A stretch of DNA of 56,093 nt. Origin: Spirochaetota bacterium (GTDB lineage: Bacteria > Spirochaetota > UBA4802 > JAGODF01). Of the stretch, positions 19,031 to 28,277 are shown one piece after another. Positions within the stretch are counted from its first letter, which is position 1. The number at the start of each line of letters is the position of its first letter. A program made the translations under genes and the position numbers. The stretch covers positions 1-56,093 of the forward strand of contig DAOMJL010000002.1 in assembly GCA_035431765.1 (NCBI GenBank), written 5' to 3'. The notes below the pieces were generated by a model. The model did no database searches. It worked only from the letters and a program-made list of their open reading frames with translations, and was not told the DNA's origin.

Positions 19031-21215
19031 AATACATTTTTTTTATATGCTGACAACTATTCTGTTTATCCTGCTGCTTTGTACAGGAGCTGCTGCCGAC
19101 CGGATTTCCGTTATTATTACATCGAACCTTGAGGGACGGGCCATGCTCCACGGGGAGGACTATGACCGGAACGATGAACTCCTGCTCCTTGGACAATCCA
19201 TTTTATATGAAAAAAACAGAAACCGGGGCGAGCTTTATCTTGACCTCGGGAACGCCTTTTATCCTGGTGTTCTGTCGAAATACAGTTACGGTTCTGTTAT
19301 GATGGACTTCTTCCAGTTTTTTCATTGCAACGCTGTCCTCATATCTTCGAAAGACCTCCGTATAGGTGTTGATAACCTGAAGTATCTCCGGAAAAGCCGG
19401 ACAACAAATCTCCTCTCTTCCAACATCGTGCGGGAAAACGAAAATGTGTTTGATCCGTTTTTTATCCACCAGAAGGGGAACAGGAAGATTGCATTCATCG
19501 GTGTTTCTTCCGGGAAAATCCAGTTTGAAATTGCGGAAAAGAATGTTCACGGAACATCCCTGGCGGATCATCGGAAGTCCCTGAAAGAAAGTATCGCACG
19601 GGCGAAGGGGCAGGGGGCGGAATATTTTGTGCTCATGTCAGGACTGACAACAAAAGAAAATATATTACTGATGAAGGAGCACCCGGAAATCAGTCATGCT
19701 CTTTGCGGGGGCGACCATCAGGGTACCCTGTATGGTTCCGGCATGACACGCCTTGATTTAGGTGACGGGCGTTCGCTGTTCTTTGCCCCGCCTGCGAAAG
19801 GATATTATATGCTGGACTTTGATCCGGCGCGACACGCTGCAGCATCACAATATTCGTTTTATCCGGCGGGCTATCACCGTGTTGAGAGCAATTCGTATCG
19901 CGAGTTTTCCGGCAGGCTGGAATTATGGCGCCGGCGCTATAAATTAGAAGGTGAGAAACGGATTGCTGATATCAAAGGGAAAGATATCACCGTGGACGAG
20001 GAACGCATTGCCGAACTTCTCCGGGATCGGTACAATGCCGAAGTGTCGTTTGTGAAACGCGGTACTATTAACAGGACTCTGCTGAAAGATGAGGTAAGTA
20101 TCTACGATCTTTATGGTATCTCTAATGATGAATTCCCGGTTTTTACCTATCGAATAACAGGGGCCGCGTTGCGGAAAGTTGTGGAAAGCATAACCGGCAC
20201 CGTGGTAAAAGGCGTCCGCGACAATAAAGTGCAGGGGTACGATGTTGATGATAAAAGGTTTTACCGCATAGCATCAACGCAGTCGGTATATGAAGATGTT
20301 GCACGCATAGTAAGGAAAAGGAATCTTCCCTACGACAATCACTGGAAGAGCCTGACGGACACCATCAGGGAAGATATGGAGAACGGCCAGGCGCTCCTTA
20401 ATCGTGATTTCGGGTATATTGACAGGCGGTTTCGCGGGACCATCGATGTGGCGATGTCGAATTATCTTGACTATGCAGAGGTGTCCCGTGACGAAAAGAT
20501 AAGCACACCGCCGGGGCAGCCGAAATCATCCTACACACAGTGGGGAATGGAGAACAAGATAGTGCTGACCGTGTATAACAGCATGCACCAGTTCATTCTG
20601 ACTCCTTACATGAATTATGTGGAACTGAACGAGGAACAGAAGGACAGCACCACCGGGGAAATCTCGACACGGAAATTTCTGGTAAAAAACCTTCTCCGGG
20701 GAACCTTTGAATACAATTTAAATCTTAACAGCTTCGTGAACCCGTATCACAAATCCCAGTGCGAAACGGTGGTGAAAAAAAATGATGATGGATTGCGCCC
20801 GACCATTGTCCGTGAAACAGTTGGAGCCCGTTTCAAGTTGGCGTCTCCAGGGGGCAGCGTTCGGTTTGAGGGGAGGCTCGGGGGAGGATTCGAAAAACAG
20901 GTGCATGACCCCGAGGACAGCCCCCTTTACGGTCTTGAAACCACAATCTTATTCACATGGGATTTTCTGGAGCATTTTACCTATTCCTTTATGATGGATT
21001 CATTTCTCACGAAAGCAAAACAGGAAAATGACAATGTAAATGGAACGACACGTATTGATCTGGTGAATGCGCTGACAGCCCGTATCAATAATTATCTCGG
21101 GGTATCATTGAAATACAAGTACTTCTATTACCATTCCGATGAACTGGATGAAAGTTACCGGTTCAGGCAGTTAATTACTTCCATTGATCTGAAAACAGAT
21201 TTCAAACTGTGGTAG
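19011..21215 (+). CDS. Degenerate 5'-nucleotidase/UshA-like domain fused to a putative outer-membrane beta-barrel region
   Basis: The signal/lipobox is LFILLLCTG. The three N-terminal metallophosphoesterase motifs sit at the expected spacing but are substituted: ITSNLEG, LDLGNAF, LISSKDL. The C-terminal half alternates hydrophobic and polar residues and ends ...DFKLW. The gene overlaps the upstream gene by 20 nt. Confidence 0.65.
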   Translation: MKRKRPEIHFFYMLTTILFILLLCTGAAADRISVIITSNLEGRAMLHGEDYDRNDELLLLGQSILYEKNRNRGELYLDLGNAFYPGVLSKYSYGSVMMDFFQFFHCNAVLISSKDLRIGVDNLKYLRKSRTTNLLSSNIVRENENVFDPFFIHQKGNRKIAFIGVSSGKIQFEIAEKNVHGTSLADHRKSLKESIARAKGQGAEYFVLMSGLTTKENILLMKEHPEISHALCGGDHQGTLYGSGMTRLDLGDGRSLFFAPPAKGYYMLDFDPARHAAASQYSFYPAGYHRVESNSYREFSGRLELWRRRYKLEGEKRIADIKGKDITVDEERIAELLRDRYNAEVSFVKRGTINRTLLKDEVSIYDLYGISNDEFPVFTYRITGAALRKVVESITGTVVKGVRDNKVQGYDVDDKRFYRIASTQSVYEDVARIVRKRNLPYDNHWKSLTDTIREDMENGQALLNRDFGYIDRRFRGTIDVAMSNYLDYAEVSRDEKISTPPGQPKSSYTQWGMENKIVLTVYNSMHQFILTPYMNYVELNEEQKDSTTGEISTRKFLVKNLLRGTFEYNLNLNSFVNPYHKSQCETVVKKNDDGLRPTIVRETVGARFKLASPGGSVRFEGRLGGGFEKQVHDPEDSPLYGLETTILFTWDFLEHFTYSFMMDSFLTKAKQENDNVNGTTRIDLVNALTARINNYLGVSLKYKYFYYHSDELDESYRFRQLITSIDLKTDFKLW

Positions 21216-21240
21216 CCGCATGTAACCTTCGTTAAAACAA

Positions 21241-21268
21241 TTGACATTCATCAATTATTTAGTACACT
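21241..21268 (+). promoter_or_regulatory. Candidate promoter TTGACA-16-TACACT upstream of the TPR gene
   Basis: The hexamers were read directly. This placement leaves a leader of about 150 nt before ATG 21425. Confidence 0.3.
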
Positions 21269-21424
21269 GAATACAGGGATAGCGGATTAGCGATATCTGC
21301 TATATGATGTACGGGTGATCCGGCAGTGTGGAATTATTTCGCTGCTGTTCAGTCAGGTGCTGTAAATATGCCGATAGGTAGTATGATGTCAATTCCCGTA
21401 TCGTGATAGTGTTAAAATCGAATA

Positions 21425-23383
21425 ATGAAAAAAACCACTTACATTGTACTCGGGGCGGTTATGGCGGTTTCCATTTTCGCGTCAGAGAGGCTTCCTTCCC
21501 AGAATTTGGAGGACCTGAACCGTCTTGCCCAGGAGCACTATGATAACCGTGATTTTACCAGGGCCCTGGAAACGTGGATGCTTGCCCTTGAACAGGACCC
21601 TGAAAATGAGCGGATACAGAAAAAAATTGAGCTTGTATATGAAGAGAAATATAAGAGGGATGTGGCGTATCAGAAAGCGCGGATCAATTACCGTCAGGCC
21701 AGGAATAAAATAAAAATTGATCTTCAGGATGCGAATCTGGAGAAAGCCATCAGGGATTTCAACTCCGGGAAAAAAAACGCGGAAATGGCCCTGCAGTATT
21801 TTTTCATTGCCTACAGAATTGACCCGAACGATGATGATCTCCGTGAACTCCGGGAGGCCATGAAAGAGCTTGATAAAGATGTGCGCCTTGCGGAAGAGAA
21901 GATCGCGCTTGACCTTGAAAGAAGAAAAAAATACCGGGAGTTCATGGATTGCGCCGAAGAACGGATGGATAATGAAAACTATGCCGGTTCCATCGAGTGC
22001 TGGGAAGGGGTCCTTGCCATTGTTCCACTTGATAAAAAGGCTCTTGAGGGGAAGCGGAGAGCCGAGATGGCCCTGAACAACCGTTTGAAATTTGAAAAGA
22101 TTACGAACCTCCTCAAGGAAGGGAAAATCCTTTTTGATATTAAAAAATATTTTGATTCCCGCAGTGTGTATAAACAGGTGCTGAATCTTGATCCCAACAA
22201 TGGAGACGCGAAAGACCAGATCCGTGAAATTGATGAAAAGCTCAACGAGGCCCGGTTTGCCGCACAGAAGCGGCAGCAGGCTGAAGGATTTTATGTGTCA
22301 GGACTTAAGAATCTGCGGGAGAACAAATTCGATCTTGCAGAGGATGAGTTCCGGAATGTTATTGATCTGATGCGGGGGGATTATAAAGACACACAATACC
22401 GTCTCGCCAGCATAAAGGGCCTCAGAAAAGAATATCAGGAATTTTTACGGCGTAAACGCATCAAGGAGGTCGAAACTGAGATTGACAAAGGAATGATCGC
22501 TTACGCGGAGGCCCGCTATAATGATGCCATATCTTCCTTTGAGCAGGTGCTGAAGCTTGACCCCGAGAATGAACTTGCCAGAAAACAACTTGCAATTTCC
22601 AAAGATGCGCAGAAGATAGATGCGGAAGAGATTGTGGATGAAAATTCGCCATATTTTGATATCGTAGGGCTGATGATTGTATCAGGAAAGGAACTGTACA
22701 TGAATGGTGACTACAGGGGGTCAAGGCAGAAATGGGAGCAGATCCTGCAGCTTTTCCCCCGTAATAAAATCGCTTCTGCGTACATGCTTCGGGTTACCCG
22801 AACAAACCCTGAGGAGTTTAACAGGTTTTCAACAAAGATTGTTAATGACGGGAAGGATTATCTTAAAATTAGAAATTATGACAGGGCCAGAGAGAAATTT
22901 GAGCTGGTGAAATCAATCAATCCGGATTTTCCCAATATTGATACCCTTATCACATCAACCAGAGAGCCGCAGCAGATAAGGAGAATAGTTGACGCTAACG
23001 TCACTCCGGAGGAAATACAGGCGCGGTATAACATGGGACTGAACTATTACCGCCGCGGCGGAATAGATAATATGCAAAAAGCCCTCAATGAGTTCAAGTG
23101 GGTGTCCATGAAAGACCCGGATAACACCCGTGCGATAATAAATCTGAACAAGATTCAGTCGATTCTGCGTATCAGCAGCGGGCAGGTTGAGGTCGGGAAA
23201 GAGCAATTGACGCCGGAACAGCAGAGCCTTGTCCGGCAGTTTTACTATAAAGGTATTTCATATTATTCAAATAATGATTTCGCCAGGGCCATACAGGAGT
23301 GGCGGAAAGTTCTTGCCATTGACAGATATCATCAACGTGCGAAGAATAATATCAGAAAATGCCTGGTGTTGCTGAGGAAATAA
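21425..23383 (+). CDS. Secreted TPR-repeat protein
   Basis: 652 aa with an N-terminal signal peptide. Repeated 34-aa A/Y/W/L patterns recur, e.g. ...AIQEWRKVLAIDRYHQRAKNN, SFEQVLKLDPENELARKQ. Confidence 0.85.
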   Translation: MKKTTYIVLGAVMAVSIFASERLPSQNLEDLNRLAQEHYDNRDFTRALETWMLALEQDPENERIQKKIELVYEEKYKRDVAYQKARINYRQARNKIKIDLQDANLEKAIRDFNSGKKNAEMALQYFFIAYRIDPNDDDLRELREAMKELDKDVRLAEEKIALDLERRKKYREFMDCAEERMDNENYAGSIECWEGVLAIVPLDKKALEGKRRAEMALNNRLKFEKITNLLKEGKILFDIKKYFDSRSVYKQVLNLDPNNGDAKDQIREIDEKLNEARFAAQKRQQAEGFYVSGLKNLRENKFDLAEDEFRNVIDLMRGDYKDTQYRLASIKGLRKEYQEFLRRKRIKEVETEIDKGMIAYAEARYNDAISSFEQVLKLDPENELARKQLAISKDAQKIDAEEIVDENSPYFDIVGLMIVSGKELYMNGDYRGSRQKWEQILQLFPRNKIASAYMLRVTRTNPEEFNRFSTKIVNDGKDYLKIRNYDRAREKFELVKSINPDFPNIDTLITSTREPQQIRRIVDANVTPEEIQARYNMGLNYYRRGGIDNMQKALNEFKWVSMKDPDNTRAIINLNKIQSILRISSGQVEVGKEQLTPEQQSLVRQFYYKGISYYSNNDFARAIQEWRKVLAIDRYHQRAKNNIRKCLVLLRK

Positions 23384-23400
23384 AAAAAGGAACAGGGGCC

Positions 23401-24984
23401 ATGGTTACTGTTAAAAAAGATGTTGTTGCAGTTAATCGGGAATCCGGAGGAAACGGGGAGGATGTGACGCACTCCCCCCGTGTGAAATTCAGTATTCGTT
23501 TCAAACTGGCCTTTGCAATTATTGCGCTGGTGTCAACGATAATTATCATTATGGCCCTTTATGTCCGTATGGATTCCAGCGGTATGCTGCGGGAAGAGAT
23601 TATCAGCTTTGCCCAGCGGGAAACTGAACACCTTGCTATGGTTGCCGAGGATGCCTATAAAAGCGATGACGACCTGTCCGTTGTTGCGACAATCGAGAAC
23701 CTGAAAAAGGTTCCCGCAATCGAATATGCGTACCTGTTAAATGAAAAGAACTTTGTCCGGATGAGTCTTGATCCGAAAAAAAACGGCGCCGACATGAGTA
23801 AAGATGCGGCAACCCTTGCCGCTGTGAAAAATGCCGATCACAAGAAAATACTCCGGAAGAAATACCCTGACCCGAAAGATGAGAACGGGGAAATATATGA
23901 TTTCTCCAAACCTATAGTTAACCCCCTTTCCGGCGACAGGGCGGGAACTGTTCGTCTCGGTTTTTCTGACAGGGTTATTCGCAAAAGAATAATGGATCTG
24001 ACTTACAATATTATCTATATAGCCCTCGTATTCCTCGGTGTTTCGGTCCTGGGGTCTGTGCTGCTGTCAGGCGTTATTATCAAACCGATCCGGAAGCTGT
24101 CAGAGGGCGCCGCGGAAATCGGCCGGGGCAATCTCGATTACCGCATCGGACTGAATTCGTCGGACGAGCTGGGAAAGCTGGCCTATGAGTTCAATGTCAT
24201 GACAATGCAGCTTAAAAAAGGGAAGGATATCGAAATAGAAAAACGGATTATGGATGAGCAGGTCGATATCGCCAAGGATATCCAGGAAGGTCTGAACCCC
24301 ATGGGCTTCTATAACAAAAAGGGGATAGAGATCAAGGGATTTACACGGGCGGCGAAAGGAGTGGGCGGTGACTACTTCGACTATATCGACATTAACGAAA
24401 ACATGGTAGGTGCCCTTATCAGTGACGTGTCGGGAAAAGGGGTGCCGGCATCTCTCGTTATGGTTATGATCCGGACGGTATTTGTTACTCAGACAAAGGA
24501 TAAAAGGGATGTTCAGTGCGCACACGTTGTGAGGACTATTAACGACTCCCTGAGCGCTGATTTCGCGATTGATAAATTCGCCACACTGTTTTTCATGATA
24601 TTTGACAGGTCAAAGGGGGAGCTGTCGTTTTCCAATGCAGGACACGGGCCTCTTATGTGTTTCCGTTCATCGCTGAATTCTTTTACCATCAGCAAGCTTG
24701 ATGGTGTTCCTATTGGCATTATGGATGATGTTGAGTACCGTCAGGGAAAGGTGAAGCTGAACGTGGGTGATATTGTTGTGCTGTATACTGATGGGATTAC
24801 TGAAATGAGAAATGAAAAAAAAGATGAATATGGAAGTCAGCGTTTTCAGCGGTTACTGAAGGAAAACAGCGATAAAACAGCCGAGGAACTGGTTAATTTA
24901 ATAGTAACCGATGTTGACAATTTCAGAGGCAACGCCAGCCCTCATGACGATATGACGCTGCTTATTCTGAAAAGGACCGGATAA
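23401..24984 (+). CDS. HAMP-domain SpoIIE/PP2C phosphatase (RsbU-like)
   Basis: The order is TM, periplasmic region, TM, HAMP (IIKPIRKLSEGAAEIGRGNLDYRI...ELGKLAYEFNVM), then PP2C motifs ISDVSGKGVPASL, LYTDGITE and DDMTLLIL. ATG 23401 was chosen; it follows the TPR stop and AAAGGAACAGGGG. Confidence 0.9.
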   Translation: MVTVKKDVVAVNRESGGNGEDVTHSPRVKFSIRFKLAFAIIALVSTIIIIMALYVRMDSSGMLREEIISFAQRETEHLAMVAEDAYKSDDDLSVVATIENLKKVPAIEYAYLLNEKNFVRMSLDPKKNGADMSKDAATLAAVKNADHKKILRKKYPDPKDENGEIYDFSKPIVNPLSGDRAGTVRLGFSDRVIRKRIMDLTYNIIYIALVFLGVSVLGSVLLSGVIIKPIRKLSEGAAEIGRGNLDYRIGLNSSDELGKLAYEFNVMTMQLKKGKDIEIEKRIMDEQVDIAKDIQEGLNPMGFYNKKGIEIKGFTRAAKGVGGDYFDYIDINENMVGALISDVSGKGVPASLVMVMIRTVFVTQTKDKRDVQCAHVVRTINDSLSADFAIDKFATLFFMIFDRSKGELSFSNAGHGPLMCFRSSLNSFTISKLDGVPIGIMDDVEYRQGKVKLNVGDIVVLYTDGITEMRNEKKDEYGSQRFQRLLKENSDKTAEELVNLIVTDVDNFRGNASPHDDMTLLILKRTG

Positions 24985-24985
24985 A

Positions 24986-25309
24986 TCAGATCAATTCGTC
25001 GTCACCCTCGTATATTTTGAAAAACTTGTCAAGGGTCGCAAGTTTCAAAATGTTCAACACATCCTCATGTATGTTTAAAAGGCTGAATTTGCCGTTATGG
25101 GCTTTCATTTTTTTCTGACCTGCCACGAGGGCACCGATACCAGAAGAATCCATGTAATTAACGTTTTTCATGTCCACAACAACGCTAGGATTACTCCCGT
25201 CAGTAACAGAAAAGAGAACCTTTTTCAATTCACTTACATTATACAGATCTATTTCACCGCTGACCTCAATTACCTTATGTTCGCCGAGATCCTTTAACTC
25301 AATTTCCAT
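24986..25309 (-). CDS. STAS-domain anti-sigma-factor antagonist (RsbV/SpoIIAA-like)
   Basis: 107 aa with the phosphorylatable-Ser region NYMDSSGIGALV. The size and pattern are typical. Confidence 0.88.
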   Translation of the reverse strand: MEIELKDLGEHKVIEVSGEIDLYNVSELKKVLFSVTDGSNPSVVVDMKNVNYMDSSGIGALVAGQKKMKAHNGKFSLLNIHEDVLNILKLATLDKFFKIYEGDDELI

Positions 25310-25588
25310 GTAAACCTCCGTGTCAGCATTACTCCAGGAATCTACTTTTCACAGTATCGTGTGGGCCGACTGACGTATATAATATTGCATGTTAAACTCA
25401 TCACATTCATCTTTCCATGTAAAACGCTCTATTGAAAGACAAAAATTCATATTTTGCGATGAGTACTGATAAATGTACGATATATAAACTAATTATGTCA
25501 AGCTATTTTGTAAAAAATAATTTTTCGAATAATTGGGCAGCACTATTACTGATGATGCTGTATTGGACACTAACTGTTCCTTATTCAG

Positions 25589-26983
25589 TTACCGGGAGGA
25601 TATAAACAGTTTATCGATAAAATCTGAAAGGTCATGAAAATTCTTCACTTCACGCATTTCCCTGCAGTAGGGCATGTACAGGGTCGCAATACTGTCGCTC
25701 CAGTCCCAGAGGTGCCGCCGGTCGGGATTAAGCCAGAAAAGGTTCCGTGACTTTTCCTTTATCCGGACAAAGGAGTCAAGTCCAGGGTCGTTGCTGTTAT
25801 TGCGTGCGTCACCAAGCACGAGAACGGTGGTTTTTCCTGTCAGGGAGTCGCTGTATTCCTGAAGGAACTGGTTGAATGAATTTCCGTAATTGCTGCCCCA
25901 GCCGTAGGTGAAATCGGTATCGCTGAATATTGAGTTCAGGGCCCGTTCAGGGTTCATTTCCATGAAAAGGGGTGTTATCTCCACCATGTTGCTGATAAAC
26001 GCAAAGGTGCGGACCTTGGAGAAAAGGCTCTGAAGCGTGTAGGTGAGGAGCAGCATAAAGCGGGAATACTGGCTTACAGAACTTGAAATGTCGCAAAGCA
26101 CCACAAGCTGCGGGCGGTCAATTCTCCTGTCCTTAAAAAAAATCCTGAACGGCGTGCCGCCGTATTGAAGATTCTTTCGGAGAGTTTTCTTGATGTCGAT
26201 ATGGCCGTGTTTGACCAGCTTTTTTCTGAGTGATATGCGGTTTTTCAGCTTCTGTCCAAGTCGTTTGATGAGTTCCCGCATCTCTCCCATTTCGGCCTGG
26301 GTGATCTGGTATATCGGTTTTGAGAGAAGATATTCGTCACGCCGGAATATTTTTTTTCCGGTGTTTTTTTCAAGTACTCTTCGGCGGATTCGCTGTCCGA
26401 TCATTGCCTGCAGAAATTCCATGTCCTCCTCTTCATTCGCGGCATCCGGTTCATTCTGACCACCGCCGGGGAGGGCGAATTTGGAACGGGTGTTGAAGAT
26501 CAGGTTGCCGATGGCGCCGGAGGAGGATGAGAGAACAGGATTTTCCAGAATGAGCTTTGCCATATCACGGAGGGAGAGGTCGCCATGGTCTTCTGATATT
26601 TCATCGATTATCAGGTCAATGGCTTTTTCAAGTGCTTCGATGTCGCTGTCGCTGAGGCCGTACCTGTCCTTCAGGGACTCAAGGGCCAGGGTGTCCTGCA
26701 GGAAAATGTCCGGATCAAATCCTTTCTCGTTAATCCTTTTTTCGAAGAATTCAATGAAGCATTTTTCAAAGACCGGAAGGTCTGTGTAGTCCTTCACGAG
26801 AGTTGTGGAAAGGATTTGTTTGAATGAGGCCCTGTCGGAGAAATCGACATACCGGAGAGCGTCAAACATGTCAAGGACTTCCACTGTGGAGACACGGATG
26901 CCGGCGTCCTGGAGCACGTTAATGAAGTCAAAGAATTTTCTCTTTACCCGGTGGTGATCATCTCTTTCGTTTCTTGTATTCAT
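25589..26983 (-). CDS. VWA-domain protein, CoxE-like
   Basis: The MIDAS motif is VVLCDISSSVS and the C-terminal VWA core is VLVLGDARNN. It is paired with the upstream MoxR ATPase. Confidence 0.82.
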   Translation of the reverse strand: MNTRNERDDHHRVKRKFFDFINVLQDAGIRVSTVEVLDMFDALRYVDFSDRASFKQILSTTLVKDYTDLPVFEKCFIEFFEKRINEKGFDPDIFLQDTLALESLKDRYGLSDSDIEALEKAIDLIIDEISEDHGDLSLRDMAKLILENPVLSSSSGAIGNLIFNTRSKFALPGGGQNEPDAANEEEDMEFLQAMIGQRIRRRVLEKNTGKKIFRRDEYLLSKPIYQITQAEMGEMRELIKRLGQKLKNRISLRKKLVKHGHIDIKKTLRKNLQYGGTPFRIFFKDRRIDRPQLVVLCDISSSVSQYSRFMLLLTYTLQSLFSKVRTFAFISNMVEITPLFMEMNPERALNSIFSDTDFTYGWGSNYGNSFNQFLQEYSDSLTGKTTVLVLGDARNNSNDPGLDSFVRIKEKSRNLFWLNPDRRHLWDWSDSIATLYMPYCREMREVKNFHDLSDFIDKLFISSR

Positions 26984-27022
26984 GATGTGTACACAGGCCT
27001 GAACAAATGTTTGATGCTGCTG

Positions 27023-27931
27023 TTATTGTACAAAGAGCTCCTTCCCGTGTTTTTTCGCGAGCTCAATGTCCTTTTCGTATTTTAACAGAAAGTTCAGGGT
27101 TTCTATCGCGATGTCTTTTTTTAATACTTCACATCCGAGAAGGGCGAAAGCCTTTGCCCAGTCAAGGGTTTCGCTGATGCTCGGTTCTTTTTTGAGGGGC
27201 AGTTTTCTTATTTTGTGGACGGCTTCAACTATTTCTTTAATCAGGTATGCGCCGCATTCCGGAACCTTCAGTGAGACAATTCTTTCTTCGAGTTCCTGTT
27301 CCGGAAAATCAATGTACAGGTGCAGGCAGCGACGCTTCAGCGCATCTGACATTTCACGGGCATTGTTGGAGGTGAGGAGAACAAAGGGTTTCAGGTCGGT
27401 CGTTATTGTCCCGATTTCAGGTATCGTCACCTGAAAATCCGAAAGCACTTCAAGGAGGAATGCTTCGAACTCGGAGTCGGATTTATCAATCTCATCTATA
27501 AGGAGAACAGTGGGCTTCGTGGTGGTAATTGCCTTAAGTATGGGGCGCGGAATAAGGAACCGGTCTGAAAAGAACACATCCTCCTCCCCTGCGAGTTTAT
27601 CGATCGCCGCCCCGAGGGTCTGTTCGTTTTCAAGAACCGCACTCAGCTTATCTTTCAATATTTGCGTGTAGAGCAGCTGTTTGGCATACTCCCACTCGTA
27701 GAGCGCCTTCGCCTCATCCAGACCTTCGTAACACTGCAGCCTGATGAGATCCATGCCGAGGGAGCTCGCAATGCATTTACCGAGGTCTGTTTTCCCGACT
27801 CCCGCTGGCCCTTCTATGAGGACAGGTTTTTCCATTTTCATTGCGAGAAATATGGTGGTTGCGATTTCCCGAGAGCAGATATATTTCTGTTTTTCGAGAA
27901 GGTCTATGGTGTCCTGAATGTCTTTAAACAT
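27023..27931 (-). CDS. MoxR-like AAA+ ATPase (CoxD-like subfamily)
   Basis: Walker A is GPAGVGKT and Walker B is LLIDEIDK. The size is 302 aa and RRCLHLYIDFP is characteristic. Confidence 0.9.
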   Translation of the reverse strand: MFKDIQDTIDLLEKQKYICSREIATTIFLAMKMEKPVLIEGPAGVGKTDLGKCIASSLGMDLIRLQCYEGLDEAKALYEWEYAKQLLYTQILKDKLSAVLENEQTLGAAIDKLAGEEDVFFSDRFLIPRPILKAITTTKPTVLLIDEIDKSDSEFEAFLLEVLSDFQVTIPEIGTITTDLKPFVLLTSNNAREMSDALKRRCLHLYIDFPEQELEERIVSLKVPECGAYLIKEIVEAVHKIRKLPLKKEPSISETLDWAKAFALLGCEVLKKDIAIETLNFLLKYEKDIELAKKHGKELFVQ

Positions 27932-28277
27932 TTTTCAATACCGTTTCTGTAATATGTTCACAAACTGAACACAAAAGTGCCCAGTTCCCTTTGCATTTCC
28001 TCTGCTATACTGCAATTATAGCGTCATTTTCAGATTGTATCAGTAAATATTTTCCGGCAGGGCAGTACTTCCCATGCCGATATCCTGAAATATCAAGCCT
28101 TATCATCAGGGGAAATATTGCAATGATTTTTTTCTTGACGAACGATTCAATGTATCAGCACTCATTGTATCGGTATTGAGAATACCACTGTCCGGTTTAC
28201 CCCATGTTCAATTCCCCGGCAGGCTGCGGCGTGTGGCAAAAATCCGCAGAACCAGTTTATACATCAGGATTAGTATT

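Noticed and set aside
18487-19056. 189-aa minus-strand Ser/Phe-rich ORF
   Set aside because: It is antisense to the E/K/L-rich coiled-coil gene. The Ser/Phe-rich composition is what the reverse complement of GAA/AAG/CTG codons produces.
28176-28277. TTG-initiated N-terminal extension of the antiporter. Similar track extensions occur at 18143, 23359, 31845, 39900, 40837, 44978 and 48669
   Set aside because: The extensions are non-homologous or lack signal features. Internal starts restore canonical N-termini and sit behind better SD sequences or after upstream stops.
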